From assembly GCA_028871705.1 (NCBI GenBank), contig JAGWMP010000001.1, positions 1-58,109 on the forward strand: a stretch of DNA of 58,109 nucleotides. The letters run 5' to 3'. This DNA is from Gammaproteobacteria bacterium. GTDB taxonomy: Bacteria; Pseudomonadota; Gammaproteobacteria; Steroidobacterales; Steroidobacteraceae. Within the stretch, counting starts at the first letter, position 1. The number at the start of each line of letters is the position of its first letter. Below, one piece after another: positions 34,569-45,001 of the stretch. The notes below the pieces were generated by a model. That model was not told the DNA's origin, made no database searches, and saw only the letters and a program-made list of their open reading frames with translations. A program made the position numbers and the translations under genes.

Positions 34569-37118
34569 ATGTATACATCCGGATATTCGCCGATCGTCGT
34601 GGGCGCACTGGCATTGGGCTTTGCGGCGCTGCTGCCGTCCGGGATCCTGCGCGCCGAGGAGGCCGCGGCCGGGCCGGCCGCACCGGCGAGCACTCAGAGC
34701 GCGAGCCAGCCCGAGCATCCGCTCGAGGAGATCGTGGTGACCGCGACGCGGCGCGAGGAGTCGCTCAGCAAGATCCCGGTCAGCGTCACCGCGCTCACCC
34801 AGGCGGACATGGACGACAAGGGCATCAAGGATTTCCTCGACGTGGCCCGGTTCACCCCCGGCGTGTCGATCGATAACTCGGCGACCAACGCCATCTCGAT
34901 CCGCGGCATCTCCTCCTCGGGCGGTGCCGGCACGACCGGCATCTACATCGACGACACGCCTATTCAGATGCGCTCGGTGGGGTTCAACCCCGACGACACG
35001 CTGCCGAAGACCTTCGACCTCGAGCGCGTCGAGATCCTGCGCGGCCCGCAAGGCACCCTGTTCGGCGCCGGCTCCGAGGGCGGCGCCGTGCGCTACATCC
35101 TCACCCAGCCGAGCGTCAGCAGCTCGAGCACCTACATGCGCAGCGAGGTCTCCTATACGCAGTACGGGCAGCCCAACGAAGAGCTGGGGATAGCCCACGG
35201 CGCGCCGATCATCGACGGGACGCTGGGCTTTCGCGCGAGCGCCTGGTACCGCGAGGACGGCGGCTGGATCAACCGCGTCGACCCCACTTCCGCCGCCGTG
35301 GTGGACCGCAACATCAATCGCAGCGGCACTTTCGTCGGGCGCCTGGCGGCGGTGTGGCAGCCGGCGAGCTCGGTCAGCGTCACGCCGAGCATGCTCTACC
35401 AGCACCAGAAGAAGGACGACGACTCGACCTACTGGCCGGCCTACTCCAATCCGGGCGCGGGGCAGTTCAACACCGCCACCCCGGAGCGCATTCCCAATGA
35501 CGACGAGTACTACCTGCCGGCGGTGAAGCTGCAGTGGGATCTCGGCGGCAGTCAGTTCATCGCCAACGCGTCCTACTTCCACCGCAAGCAGATCACCGCC
35601 TATCAGGGCACGGTCTACGACCTGAGCTACTACCAGACAGCCGGCGAATACTTCGGTGTCGGCTGCGAGGCCACCGGGGCGCCGGTCGGCTGCCCGTGGT
35701 TTCCGCTGCTCGACGGCAGCGGCATCCACCTGCCCCCGGGCTTCAGCGGCTACAACACGCCCAACGTCATGACCAACACGCAGCAGAGCTATACGGGAGA
35801 AGCGCGCTGGCAGTCGGCTGACGACAGCTCCAGGCTCCGCTGGACGATCGGCGCGTTCTGGCAGCTCGCCAAGGAAGGCAGCATCGAGGAGCTCAAGGAC
35901 ACCCAGATCGTCCCGTTCTTCCAGTACCTGTACGGGATCGACCCGACTGACCCGGCCTATTACGGTCCGTACTACTCGTGTCCGACCAACGCCAACTACA
36001 CGGCGATTCCGGCGTGCGACATCTACTACAACGCCAATACCACCTTCGATCGGCAGATCGCCGGCTACGGGGAGCTGAGCTACGCCTTTACCGACTGGTT
36101 CCGGCTGACCCTCGGGGAGCGCGTCGCGCATACCGAGTTCACCATGACGCACTACTCGGATGGCCTCGAGAACTTCGGTCCGAGCCCGGCCACTGCCGCG
36201 CAGAGCGAGACCCCCAACACGCCGAAGGCGACTCTGTCCTTTCAGGTCGATCCCAACGATCTCTACTATGCCACCTACGCCAAGGGTTTCAGGGTCGGCG
36301 GCGGCAACGCACCGCTGCCGGCGTACTGCGACGCGGATCTGGCGGCCGCCGGCTACCCGAACGGCGCACCGCTCACCTACAAGTCCGATTCGACGCAGAG
36401 TTACGAGATCGGCTCCAAGAACCTGTTCGGCGATTCGTTGCGGATCGCGACCAGCGTCTATTACATCAAGTGGGACAGCATCCAGCAGAGCGTGTACGTG
36501 GCGGGTGCCTGCGGACTGCAGTTCACAGACAACCTGGGAACCGCGGTCGCCTGGGGCGGCGATCTGCAGGCGCAGATGGCGCTCGGGCCGCTCAACATCG
36601 ATTTCGGCACCGGCTACACCAGTGCGCGCTATACGAAGGATTCCCCGCTCGGCTGCCAGAGCGGCCCGTTGGCGGTGCCGTGCAAGTCGAGCAACGGGGA
36701 TGCGATCTCCGGGCAGGCGGCCATCGACTACGCGCCGGGGCTCAATTCGCCGTTCACCGTGGCGCTCGGCGTCGAGTACGGTTTCAACCTCGGGCAGCAT
36801 ACGGCCTTCGTGCGCGCCGACTGGGAGTACGAGAGCCGCAATCCCTGGCTGTCTACCCTGCAGAATCCCAACGACACCGCGCAGTACAACCCATTCACCT
36901 ACACCCTGCCGTCGACCAGCTTTACCTCGCTGCGCGCCGGCGTGAACCTCGGCGAGTGGCAGATCGCGGCCTTCCTCGACAATCTGTTCGATTCACACAC
37001 GGTGACCAACTACGCGCTCGGCCAACCCGCCGGAGCGGCCACCGTGCAGGAGAACGACTACACGTTCCGGCCGCGCACCATCGGCATCACCGCCACCTGG
37101 CATGCGCACGGCCACTAG
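34569..37118 (+). CDS. TonB-dependent outer-membrane receptor
   Basis: Signal peptide, then plug-domain start EEIVVTATRREESL..IPVSV and VEILRGPQGTLFG, followed by a long beta-barrel rich in Y/G/N/T. It starts 34 nt after the ATPase gene. Confidence 0.85.
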   Translation: MYTSGYSPIVVGALALGFAALLPSGILRAEEAAAGPAAPASTQSASQPEHPLEEIVVTATRREESLSKIPVSVTALTQADMDDKGIKDFLDVARFTPGVSIDNSATNAISIRGISSSGGAGTTGIYIDDTPIQMRSVGFNPDDTLPKTFDLERVEILRGPQGTLFGAGSEGGAVRYILTQPSVSSSSTYMRSEVSYTQYGQPNEELGIAHGAPIIDGTLGFRASAWYREDGGWINRVDPTSAAVVDRNINRSGTFVGRLAAVWQPASSVSVTPSMLYQHQKKDDDSTYWPAYSNPGAGQFNTATPERIPNDDEYYLPAVKLQWDLGGSQFIANASYFHRKQITAYQGTVYDLSYYQTAGEYFGVGCEATGAPVGCPWFPLLDGSGIHLPPGFSGYNTPNVMTNTQQSYTGEARWQSADDSSRLRWTIGAFWQLAKEGSIEELKDTQIVPFFQYLYGIDPTDPAYYGPYYSCPTNANYTAIPACDIYYNANTTFDRQIAGYGELSYAFTDWFRLTLGERVAHTEFTMTHYSDGLENFGPSPATAAQSETPNTPKATLSFQVDPNDLYYATYAKGFRVGGGNAPLPAYCDADLAAAGYPNGAPLTYKSDSTQSYEIGSKNLFGDSLRIATSVYYIKWDSIQQSVYVAGACGLQFTDNLGTAVAWGGDLQAQMALGPLNIDFGTGYTSARYTKDSPLGCQSGPLAVPCKSSNGDAISGQAAIDYAPGLNSPFTVALGVEYGFNLGQHTAFVRADWEYESRNPWLSTLQNPNDTAQYNPFTYTLPSTSFTSLRAGVNLGEWQIAAFLDNLFDSHTVTNYALGQPAGAATVQENDYTFRPRTIGITATWHAHGH

Positions 37119-37156
37119 CTCGCACCGCAACCCGCCAGGTGATACCGTGACGGCGC

Positions 37157-38797
<1,641 letters not shown>

Positions 38798-38849
38798 AGC
38801 CGGCGGCTGTCCAATGAGTCACTGCGCGCGCCGCGGCGCGCGAGGGACG

Positions 38850-38869
38850 CATTCAGCCCACATTCAGCC
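38850..38869 (+). repeat. Tandem direct repeat CATTCAGCC-N2-CATTCAGCC (11-bp period)
   Basis: The copies occupy 38850-38858 and 38861-38869, 23-42 nt upstream of the OMP ATG. Confidence 0.3.
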
Positions 38870-38891
38870 GCAGCACAGGAAGATCCGAGCC

Positions 38892-39545
38892 ATGAAAACG
38901 TCATTGCGTGTCGCCGCTCCTCTGATGCTCGCCGCCGTGGCCGCGCCGGCGCTCGCCCAGAACTATCAGTACCCGGGCCCGGGGGACCGGCCGGTGCAGT
39001 TCTTCGTGGACGGCGGCGCCAGCATCACCGAGGGCGATGCGGCAAGCGATTTCAACAACGGCTTCACGTTCGGCGGGGGCGTGAACATCAATCCTCAGCC
39101 GGGCGTCCCCGTCGGGTTGCGCTTCGAAGTCAACTACGCGCGCTCCTGGGCTACCAGCGGCTTCATCAACGCCAATGAGGCCGCGACCGGCACGCCGATC
39201 GACGACGGCTCGATGCAGACCCTCACCGGGTTCGCGGATGGGGTGGTGCGCATGCCGATCAACCCGTGGGTGCACGTCTATGCGCTCGGCGGAGTCGGAC
39301 TCGGTTACCGGCGCATCGAGCTCACCCAGAACGGCTTCTACTGCGACGTCTTCTTTTGCGGGCCGGGCGGCGGACGCGACATCGTCGCCAGCAGCGACGT
39401 GACCAGGTTTGCGTGGAACGCGGGCGCCGGCATCGACTTCGCGCTGCCGAACGGTCAGTCGTGGTTCGTCGAGGCACGCTACGAGCGCATCGAGACCGAC
39501 ACCCCGACCGAGTTCATTCCGATCCGCGTCGGCTTGCGCTTCTAG
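38892..39545 (+). CDS. Small outer-membrane beta-barrel protein (OmpW/OmpA-barrel-like)
   Basis: Signal peptide ..AAPALA|QN, alternating beta-strand pattern and a C-terminal ..IRVGLRF with terminal Phe. Confidence 0.65.
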   Translation: MKTSLRVAAPLMLAAVAAPALAQNYQYPGPGDRPVQFFVDGGASITEGDAASDFNNGFTFGGGVNINPQPGVPVGLRFEVNYARSWATSGFINANEAATGTPIDDGSMQTLTGFADGVVRMPINPWVHVYALGGVGLGYRRIELTQNGFYCDVFFCGPGGGRDIVASSDVTRFAWNAGAGIDFALPNGQSWFVEARYERIETDTPTEFIPIRVGLRF

Positions 39546-40376
39546 TCAGCCGCGCGCGAAGCGCACACACTCCTCGAGCAGCCGCTGCAGCAGCGAGCGC
39601 AGCGGGGCAGCGAGCGCCTCGTCGTAGGGGCAGGGCCAGTCGCCCTCGCGCACGCTCCCGCCGGGCTCGCGCAGATACCCGCGGCAGGCGAGCTCCATCT
39701 GCAGCGCATGCACACCTTCGCCCGGGCGGCCGTAGTGGCGCGTGGTGTAGCCGCCCTTGAAGCGCCCGTTGGTGACGCGCGTAAAGCCGCTGCCATCGGC
39801 GAGCGCCTCGAGGCGCGCCGTCAGCTCCGGGGCGCAGCTCGCCCCCGAGTGGGTGCCGAGATTCAGATTGGGCAGGACGCCGGCGAACAGCCGCGGGATC
39901 TGCGAGCGGATCGAGTGGCAGTCATAGAGCACGACCCGCGGATGGCGCTGACGCAGCCGGTCGATCTCGGCGGCGATGGCACGGTGATAGGGCTCGAACC
40001 AGCGGGTGAGGCGCGCGCCGATCTCCTCGGCAGCGGGCGCGGCCCCCGGGCGGTAGAGCGGCTCACCGTCGAACGTGGTGGTGGGGCACAGTTCCGTCGT
40101 CGCCTGTCCCGGGTAGAGCGAGCGGCCGGAAGGATCGCGGTTCGCGTCGATCACGGTGCGTGAGATGCGCGTGCGAATGAGCGTCGCGCCGACCCCGGGG
40201 GCGAAATCGTAGAGCCGGTCGATCCACCAGTCGGTGTCCTTGCGCGCCAGCCACAGCGACCGCAGACGCGGCTCGAGCTCGGCGGGAATCTCGGCGCCGG
40301 TGTGCGGCATCGACACGACCAGGGGGGCGGCACCGCGCGTCACCTCGAGCCATGGCAGGGGTTGGGACGGGATCAT
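39546..40376 (-). CDS. hutG: N-formylglutamate amidohydrolase
   Basis: PLVVSMPHTG, DTDWWIDRLYDF, VIDANRD, YDCHSIRS, NLGT and NGRFKGGYTTRHYG resemble P. aeruginosa HutG as recalled. An alternative start is at 40394. Confidence 0.8.
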   Translation of the reverse strand: MIPSQPLPWLEVTRGAAPLVVSMPHTGAEIPAELEPRLRSLWLARKDTDWWIDRLYDFAPGVGATLIRTRISRTVIDANRDPSGRSLYPGQATTELCPTTTFDGEPLYRPGAAPAAEEIGARLTRWFEPYHRAIAAEIDRLRQRHPRVVLYDCHSIRSQIPRLFAGVLPNLNLGTHSGASCAPELTARLEALADGSGFTRVTNGRFKGGYTTRHYGRPGEGVHALQMELACRGYLREPGGSVREGDWPCPYDEALAAPLRSLLQRLLEECVRFARG

Positions 40377-40392
40377 CCATATAATGTACGCC

Positions 40393-41784
40393 ATGGCGAC
40401 CCTGTGGTTTGAGTCGGCGCTCCTGCCCGGCGGCTGGTCAGGCGGCGTGCGGCTCGCGGTGCAAGGGGGGCGAATCGCACGCCTCGAGAGCGGCGTCGCA
40501 CCCGGCGCCGGCGACGAGCGGCACGGCATCGCGCTCCCCGGGCTCGGCAACCTCCACAGCCATGCCTTCCAGCGCGGCCTCGCCGGCCTCACCGAACGCC
40601 GCGGGCGCGAGGGCGACGGCCAGGGCAACGGCGCGGGCGACAGCTTCTGGACCTGGCGTGAGCTCATGTACCGCTTCGTCGGGCGTATCGACCCCGATGA
40701 GCTCGAGGCGCTTGCCGCGTATGCCTACGCCGAGATGCTCGAAGGCGGCTTCACCCACGTCGGCGAGTTCCACTACCTGCATCACAGCCGCGACGGCACC
40801 CCTTACACCGATCCCGCCGAGCTCGCCGGGCGCGTGGCCGCGGCGGCGGCCGCCTCCGGGATCGGCCTGACGCTGCTGCCGACGCTTTACGCCCACGGCG
40901 GCTTCGGCGGTGCGGCGCCGGGCACGCGGCAGCGCCGCTTCCTCAACGATCCGGAGCGCTTTGCCCGCATCGTCGAGGGCAGCCGCGCCGCGGTGCGTCC
41001 GCTCGCGGGTGCGAGCGTCGGGGTGGCCGCTCATAGTCTGCGCGCCGTCACCCCCGAGGAACTCGCCACGGTGGTGTCCCTCGCCGGCAGTGGCGTGATC
41101 CACATCCACATCGCCGAGCAGCAGCGCGAGGTCGAGGAGTGCCGCGCCTGGTGCGGACTGCGGCCCATCGAGTGGCTGCTCGCGAATGCCCCGCTCGATG
41201 AGCGCTGGTGCCTGGTGCACGCGACCCACGCCGCGCCCGCCGAGCTCACCGGGATCGCCGCGCGCGGTGCCGTCGTTGGGCTCTGTCCCATCACCGAATC
41301 GAGCCTCGGGGACGGCATCTTCCCGGCGGCGCAGTTCCTCCTCTGCCGGGGCCGCACGGGCATCGGCAGCGATTCGAATCTCAGGCTCGATGCCGCCGAG
41401 GAGCTGCGCACGCTCGAATACTCGCAGCGCCTCGCCCTCCAGGCACGCAACGTGCTTGCGAGCGGTGCGGGGACATCGACGGGACGCAGCCTGTTCGAGG
41501 CGGCGCTCGGCGGCGGCGCACGGGCGCTCCTCCCGGGCGGGACGGCCGCAGCGGGGCTCGCCGTCGGCGCCTCATGCGATGTGGTCACGCTCAACGCCGC
41601 GCACCCCGTACTCGCCGGGCGCAGCGGGGACGCGCTCCTCGACAGCTGGATATTCGCCGGCGACCGGGGCCTGATCGACTGCGTGTGGCGTGCGGGTGTG
41701 AAGCGTGTGAGCGGCGGGCGGCACGTCGAGCGCAGCGCGCTCGAAGCGCGCTATCTGCGCGCGCTGCGGGCGCTGCTCGCCTAG
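40393..41784 (+). CDS. hutF: Formimidoylglutamate deiminase
   Basis: MATLWFESALLPGGW...LPGLGNLHSHAFQR (amidohydrolase HxH) resembles HutF. An alternative start is at 40384. Confidence 0.8.
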   Translation: MATLWFESALLPGGWSGGVRLAVQGGRIARLESGVAPGAGDERHGIALPGLGNLHSHAFQRGLAGLTERRGREGDGQGNGAGDSFWTWRELMYRFVGRIDPDELEALAAYAYAEMLEGGFTHVGEFHYLHHSRDGTPYTDPAELAGRVAAAAAASGIGLTLLPTLYAHGGFGGAAPGTRQRRFLNDPERFARIVEGSRAAVRPLAGASVGVAAHSLRAVTPEELATVVSLAGSGVIHIHIAEQQREVEECRAWCGLRPIEWLLANAPLDERWCLVHATHAAPAELTGIAARGAVVGLCPITESSLGDGIFPAAQFLLCRGRTGIGSDSNLRLDAAEELRTLEYSQRLALQARNVLASGAGTSTGRSLFEAALGGGARALLPGGTAAAGLAVGASCDVVTLNAAHPVLAGRSGDALLDSWIFAGDRGLIDCVWRAGVKRVSGGRHVERSALEARYLRALRALLA

Positions 41785-41884
41785 CGCGGCGCACCATGAG
41801 GACCTGGAGGCCGCGGAAGGCTTCGGAAATGCTAGAATTCTCTGCTTTGCTGGCCGCGCCGCTGCGCGCTGTTCGAGGACGGTT

Positions 41885-42946
41885 ATGGCATTGAAGATCA
41901 TGATTCTGGGCGTCAACGGCTTCATCGGCACCGCCCTCACCGCTGCGATACTGCGTACCCGGGACTGGGAGGTCTATGGCATGGACCTCTCCGACAACAA
42001 GCTCGGGGATCTGCCGCAGAACGACCGTTTCCACTTCGTGGAAGGCGACATCACCATCAACAAGGAGTGGGTCGAGTACCACGTCAAGAAGTGCGATGTG
42101 ATCGTGCCGCTGGTGGCGATCGCCAATCCCGCACAGTACGTGACCCATCCGCTCAAGGTGTTCGAGCTCGACTTCGAGGCCAACCTCGCCGTGGTGCGCC
42201 AGTGCGTCAAGTACGGCAAGCGGCTCATCTTCCCCTCGACCTCCGAGGTCTACGGCATGTCGCCCGACTCGGTGCTCGACGAGGAGTCGAGCCCGCTCAC
42301 TTACGGTCCGATCAACAAGCAGCGCTGGATCTACGCCTGCTCGAAGCAGATGCTGGATCGGGTCATCTACGCCTACGGCGTGCGCGACAACCTCGACTAC
42401 ACGCTGTTCCGGCCCTTCAACTTCATCGGCCCGAACCTCGATAACCCCGAGGAGCCCAAGGAGGGCAGCTCGCGGGTGTTCACCCAGTTTCTCTCGAACG
42501 TGCTCTACAAGCGCCCGATCAAACTGGTCGACGGCGGGAGCCAGAAGCGCTCCTTCACCTACATCGACGATGCGATCGAGTGCATGCTGATCATCCTCGA
42601 GAACGAGAACCGGCGCGCCAGCCAGCGCATCTTCAACATCGGCAACCCCGGCAACTGCATCTCCATCCGCGATCTGGCCGAGCGCACCATCCGCATAGCC
42701 CAGGAATTCCCGGTGCTGCGCGACAACGCGCGCGCCACGCAGATCGTCGACGTGACGGCGGGCGAGTACTACGGCAAGTTCTACCAGGACATCCAGGTGC
42801 GCGTGCCGAACGTCGAAGCGGCGAAACGCGATCTCGGCTGGCAGCCCACGACCGACATGGACACCGCCATGCGCCGCACCATCGACTACTACGTGAAGCA
42901 GCCGGGCTTTGGCTCGCGCGCGGCGGCGCTCGCCGCCGGGATCTAG
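41885..42946 (+). CDS. arnA: UDP-glucuronate oxidative decarboxylase, stand-alone ArnA C-terminal (dehydrogenase) domain
   Basis: ILGVNGFIG, FVEGDITINKEWVEYHVKKCDVIVPLVAIA, FPSTSEVYGM and WIYACSK are near-identical in pattern to the ArnA C-terminal domain. Confidence 0.85.
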   Translation: MALKIMILGVNGFIGTALTAAILRTRDWEVYGMDLSDNKLGDLPQNDRFHFVEGDITINKEWVEYHVKKCDVIVPLVAIANPAQYVTHPLKVFELDFEANLAVVRQCVKYGKRLIFPSTSEVYGMSPDSVLDEESSPLTYGPINKQRWIYACSKQMLDRVIYAYGVRDNLDYTLFRPFNFIGPNLDNPEEPKEGSSRVFTQFLSNVLYKRPIKLVDGGSQKRSFTYIDDAIECMLIILENENRRASQRIFNIGNPGNCISIRDLAERTIRIAQEFPVLRDNARATQIVDVTAGEYYGKFYQDIQVRVPNVEAAKRDLGWQPTTDMDTAMRRTIDYYVKQPGFGSRAAALAAGI

Positions 42947-42968
42947 GCCTCAGTCCGCCGCCCAGCGC

Positions 42969-44633
42969 ATGGCGAGCGAGGCGGCGCAGGCGCGCACGGC
43001 GCGCGGATCGAAGTGGCTCGCATGGCTGGTCCTGGCGGTGGCCTGGTTCGCCACCTCGCCGGTGCGCCCGCTCCTCGACCCCGACGAGGGCCGCTACGCC
43101 GAGATTCCGCGCGAGATGCTCGCGAGCGGCGACTGGCTGACGCCGCGCTTCGACGGGCTCAAATACTTCGAGAAGCCGCCGCTGCAGTACTGGGCGACCG
43201 CGGCCGTCTATACGGTCGCCGGGGTGAGCGAGTGGAGCTCGCGCGTGTGGTCGGTCGGCCTTGCATTCGGTTGCCTGGTGCTCACGTTCCTGTGGACGCA
43301 GTCCCTCTACGGGCGCGGCGCGGCGCTCGCGGCGCTCGTGGCGCTCGCGGTGAGTCCGTATTTTCTACTGATCGGACACCTGAACCTGCTCGACGCCGGG
43401 TTCACGTTCTGGCTGACGGCGGCGGTGTTCGCCTTCACCCGCGGGCAGTGCTCGCCGGCGGCCTCGCTCGCGGAGCGGCGCTGGATGCTCGCCGCCTGGG
43501 GCGCCGCGGCGCTCGCGGTGCTGTCGAAGGGCATCGTCGTCGGGGTACTCGCGGGGGGCGCACTCATTCTCTATAGCCTCATCGGGCGCGATGCGCGTCC
43601 CTGGCGGCGGCTGCACCCGCTGCCCGGTCTCGCGCTGTTTCTGGCCGTTGCCGCGCCCTGGTTCGTCGCGGTCTCGCTGCGCAACCCGGGTTTCGCCACT
43701 TTCTTCTTCGTGCACGAGCACTTCGCGCGCTTCCTCACCACGGTGCACCAGCGGGTCGAGCCCTGGTGGTACTTCCTGCCGCTGCTGGCGGTCGGAGTGC
43801 TCCCCTGGCTCGTGCCGCTCGGGCGCGCCGTGCCGAGCGCCTGGCGGGAGGAGCCGGATGCCGCTGGCGCGGTGGCTGCGGCGGAGCGGTTCCGGCCGCG
43901 GCGGTTTCTCCTGATCTTCGCCGGCCTGACGCTCGTGTTCTTCTCCGCGTCGGGGTCGAAGCTCGCGCCCTACATCCTGCCGATGTTCCCGCCGCTCGCG
44001 GCCGTGGTCGGCAGCCGCAGCACGGACCTGCGCGGATTCGCCGCGACCGCGGCGCGCGCCGGCCTGGGGCTCACGGTCCTCATCGCGGTCGCCGGGCTCA
44101 TCTACAGCGCCCGGCGCAATAACTTCGTACCGGGCGAGGCGCTCGCGTGGATCGCGGCGGCCGCGGCGCTCGCGTTGGCCGCGGCGGTCCTGACACTGCC
44201 GCGCCTCGGACTGGCACCGGCGCGGGCCGCGGCCGCCAGCGCCCTGGCGGCGGTGCTCCTGTGGCAGTGCCTCCTGTGTGCCTACGCGGTCATCCCGCCG
44301 GCGCGCTCGGCGCGTGCGCTGGTGGCGGCCGTGCGCCCGGCGATCGGCCGGGAGACCCGTCTCTACAGCGTCGGCCAGTATCGTGAGACGGTTTCCCCCT
44401 ATCTCGGCCGCACCCTGACACTGGTCGACTACCAGGGCGAGCTCGCCTTCGGGCTGGCCGCCGAGCCCGGCCGGGGGTCCCTGAGCAACACCGCCTTTCA
44501 GCTGGCCTGGAGCGCGAGCCGCGACGCCGTGGCATTCTTCGACCCGAACATCTGGGACGCCTGGCGCCGGCAGGGGTTTCCGGGGCGGGTGATCGCCGCC
44601 GATAACTACACCGTCGCAGTGAGCCGCCTGTGA
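42969..44633 (+). CDS. arnT: Undecaprenyl-phosphate-L-Ara4N:lipid A transferase (GT83)
   Basis: DPDEGRYAEIPREML.SGDWLTP..G..YFEKPPLQYW is the ArnT/PMT_2 signature. The protein is multi-pass. Confidence 0.8.
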   Translation: MASEAAQARTARGSKWLAWLVLAVAWFATSPVRPLLDPDEGRYAEIPREMLASGDWLTPRFDGLKYFEKPPLQYWATAAVYTVAGVSEWSSRVWSVGLAFGCLVLTFLWTQSLYGRGAALAALVALAVSPYFLLIGHLNLLDAGFTFWLTAAVFAFTRGQCSPAASLAERRWMLAAWGAAALAVLSKGIVVGVLAGGALILYSLIGRDARPWRRLHPLPGLALFLAVAAPWFVAVSLRNPGFATFFFVHEHFARFLTTVHQRVEPWWYFLPLLAVGVLPWLVPLGRAVPSAWREEPDAAGAVAAAERFRPRRFLLIFAGLTLVFFSASGSKLAPYILPMFPPLAAVVGSRSTDLRGFAATAARAGLGLTVLIAVAGLIYSARRNNFVPGEALAWIAAAAALALAAAVLTLPRLGLAPARAAAASALAAVLLWQCLLCAYAVIPPARSARALVAAVRPAIGRETRLYSVGQYRETVSPYLGRTLTLVDYQGELAFGLAAEPGRGSLSNTAFQLAWSASRDAVAFFDPNIWDAWRRQGFPGRVIAADNYTVAVSRL

Positions 44634-45001
44634 AACTGACCGATTTCTCGATCCTGTGCTGTGGAGTGCTGCTGAACGCACTCGCCCAACTCGGCCTCAA
44701 GGCCGCCACGCGCGTGACCGGGCCGCTACTCGCGACCGACAGCGGCGTATGGCGCCGGGGGCTCGAGCTCCTCAGCGTCCCGCCGCTCTGGTACGCGCTG
44801 TTCGCCTATGGGCTCAGCGTCATCGTGTGGCTGGTCGGGCTGTCGCGCGTGCCGGTGAGCCAGGCATACCCGCTGCTGTCGCTCGGCTACGTGATCAACA
44901 TCGGACTCGCCTGGTGGCTGCTCGGCGAGGTACCCAACGTGCAGCGCGTGGCCGGCATTGGCATCATCGTGCTGGGAGTGGTCGTGGTGGCACGCTCATG
45001 A
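44630..45001 (+). CDS. Small EamA/SMR-like membrane protein, candidate ArnE/ArnF flippase subunit
   Basis: 123 aa with four hydrophobic helices. GTGA overlap with the arnT stop and ATGA overlap with the arnB start. Confidence 0.65.
   Translation: MKLTDFSILCCGVLLNALAQLGLKAATRVTGPLLATDSGVWRRGLELLSVPPLWYALFAYGLSVIVWLVGLSRVPVSQAYPLLSLGYVINIGLAWWLLGEVPNVQRVAGIGIIVLGVVVVARS

Noticed and set aside
34401-36800. 799-aa minus-strand ORF antisense to the TonB-dependent receptor
   Set aside because: It is a shadow ORF with Arg/Gly/Val/Ala bias. The plus strand shows plug and barrel signatures.
41785-41884. PmrA/PhoP-type box upstream of the arn operon
   Set aside because: Only a short AGAATTCT palindrome is present, with no convincing direct-repeat box. 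I cannot support a call without a matrix scan.
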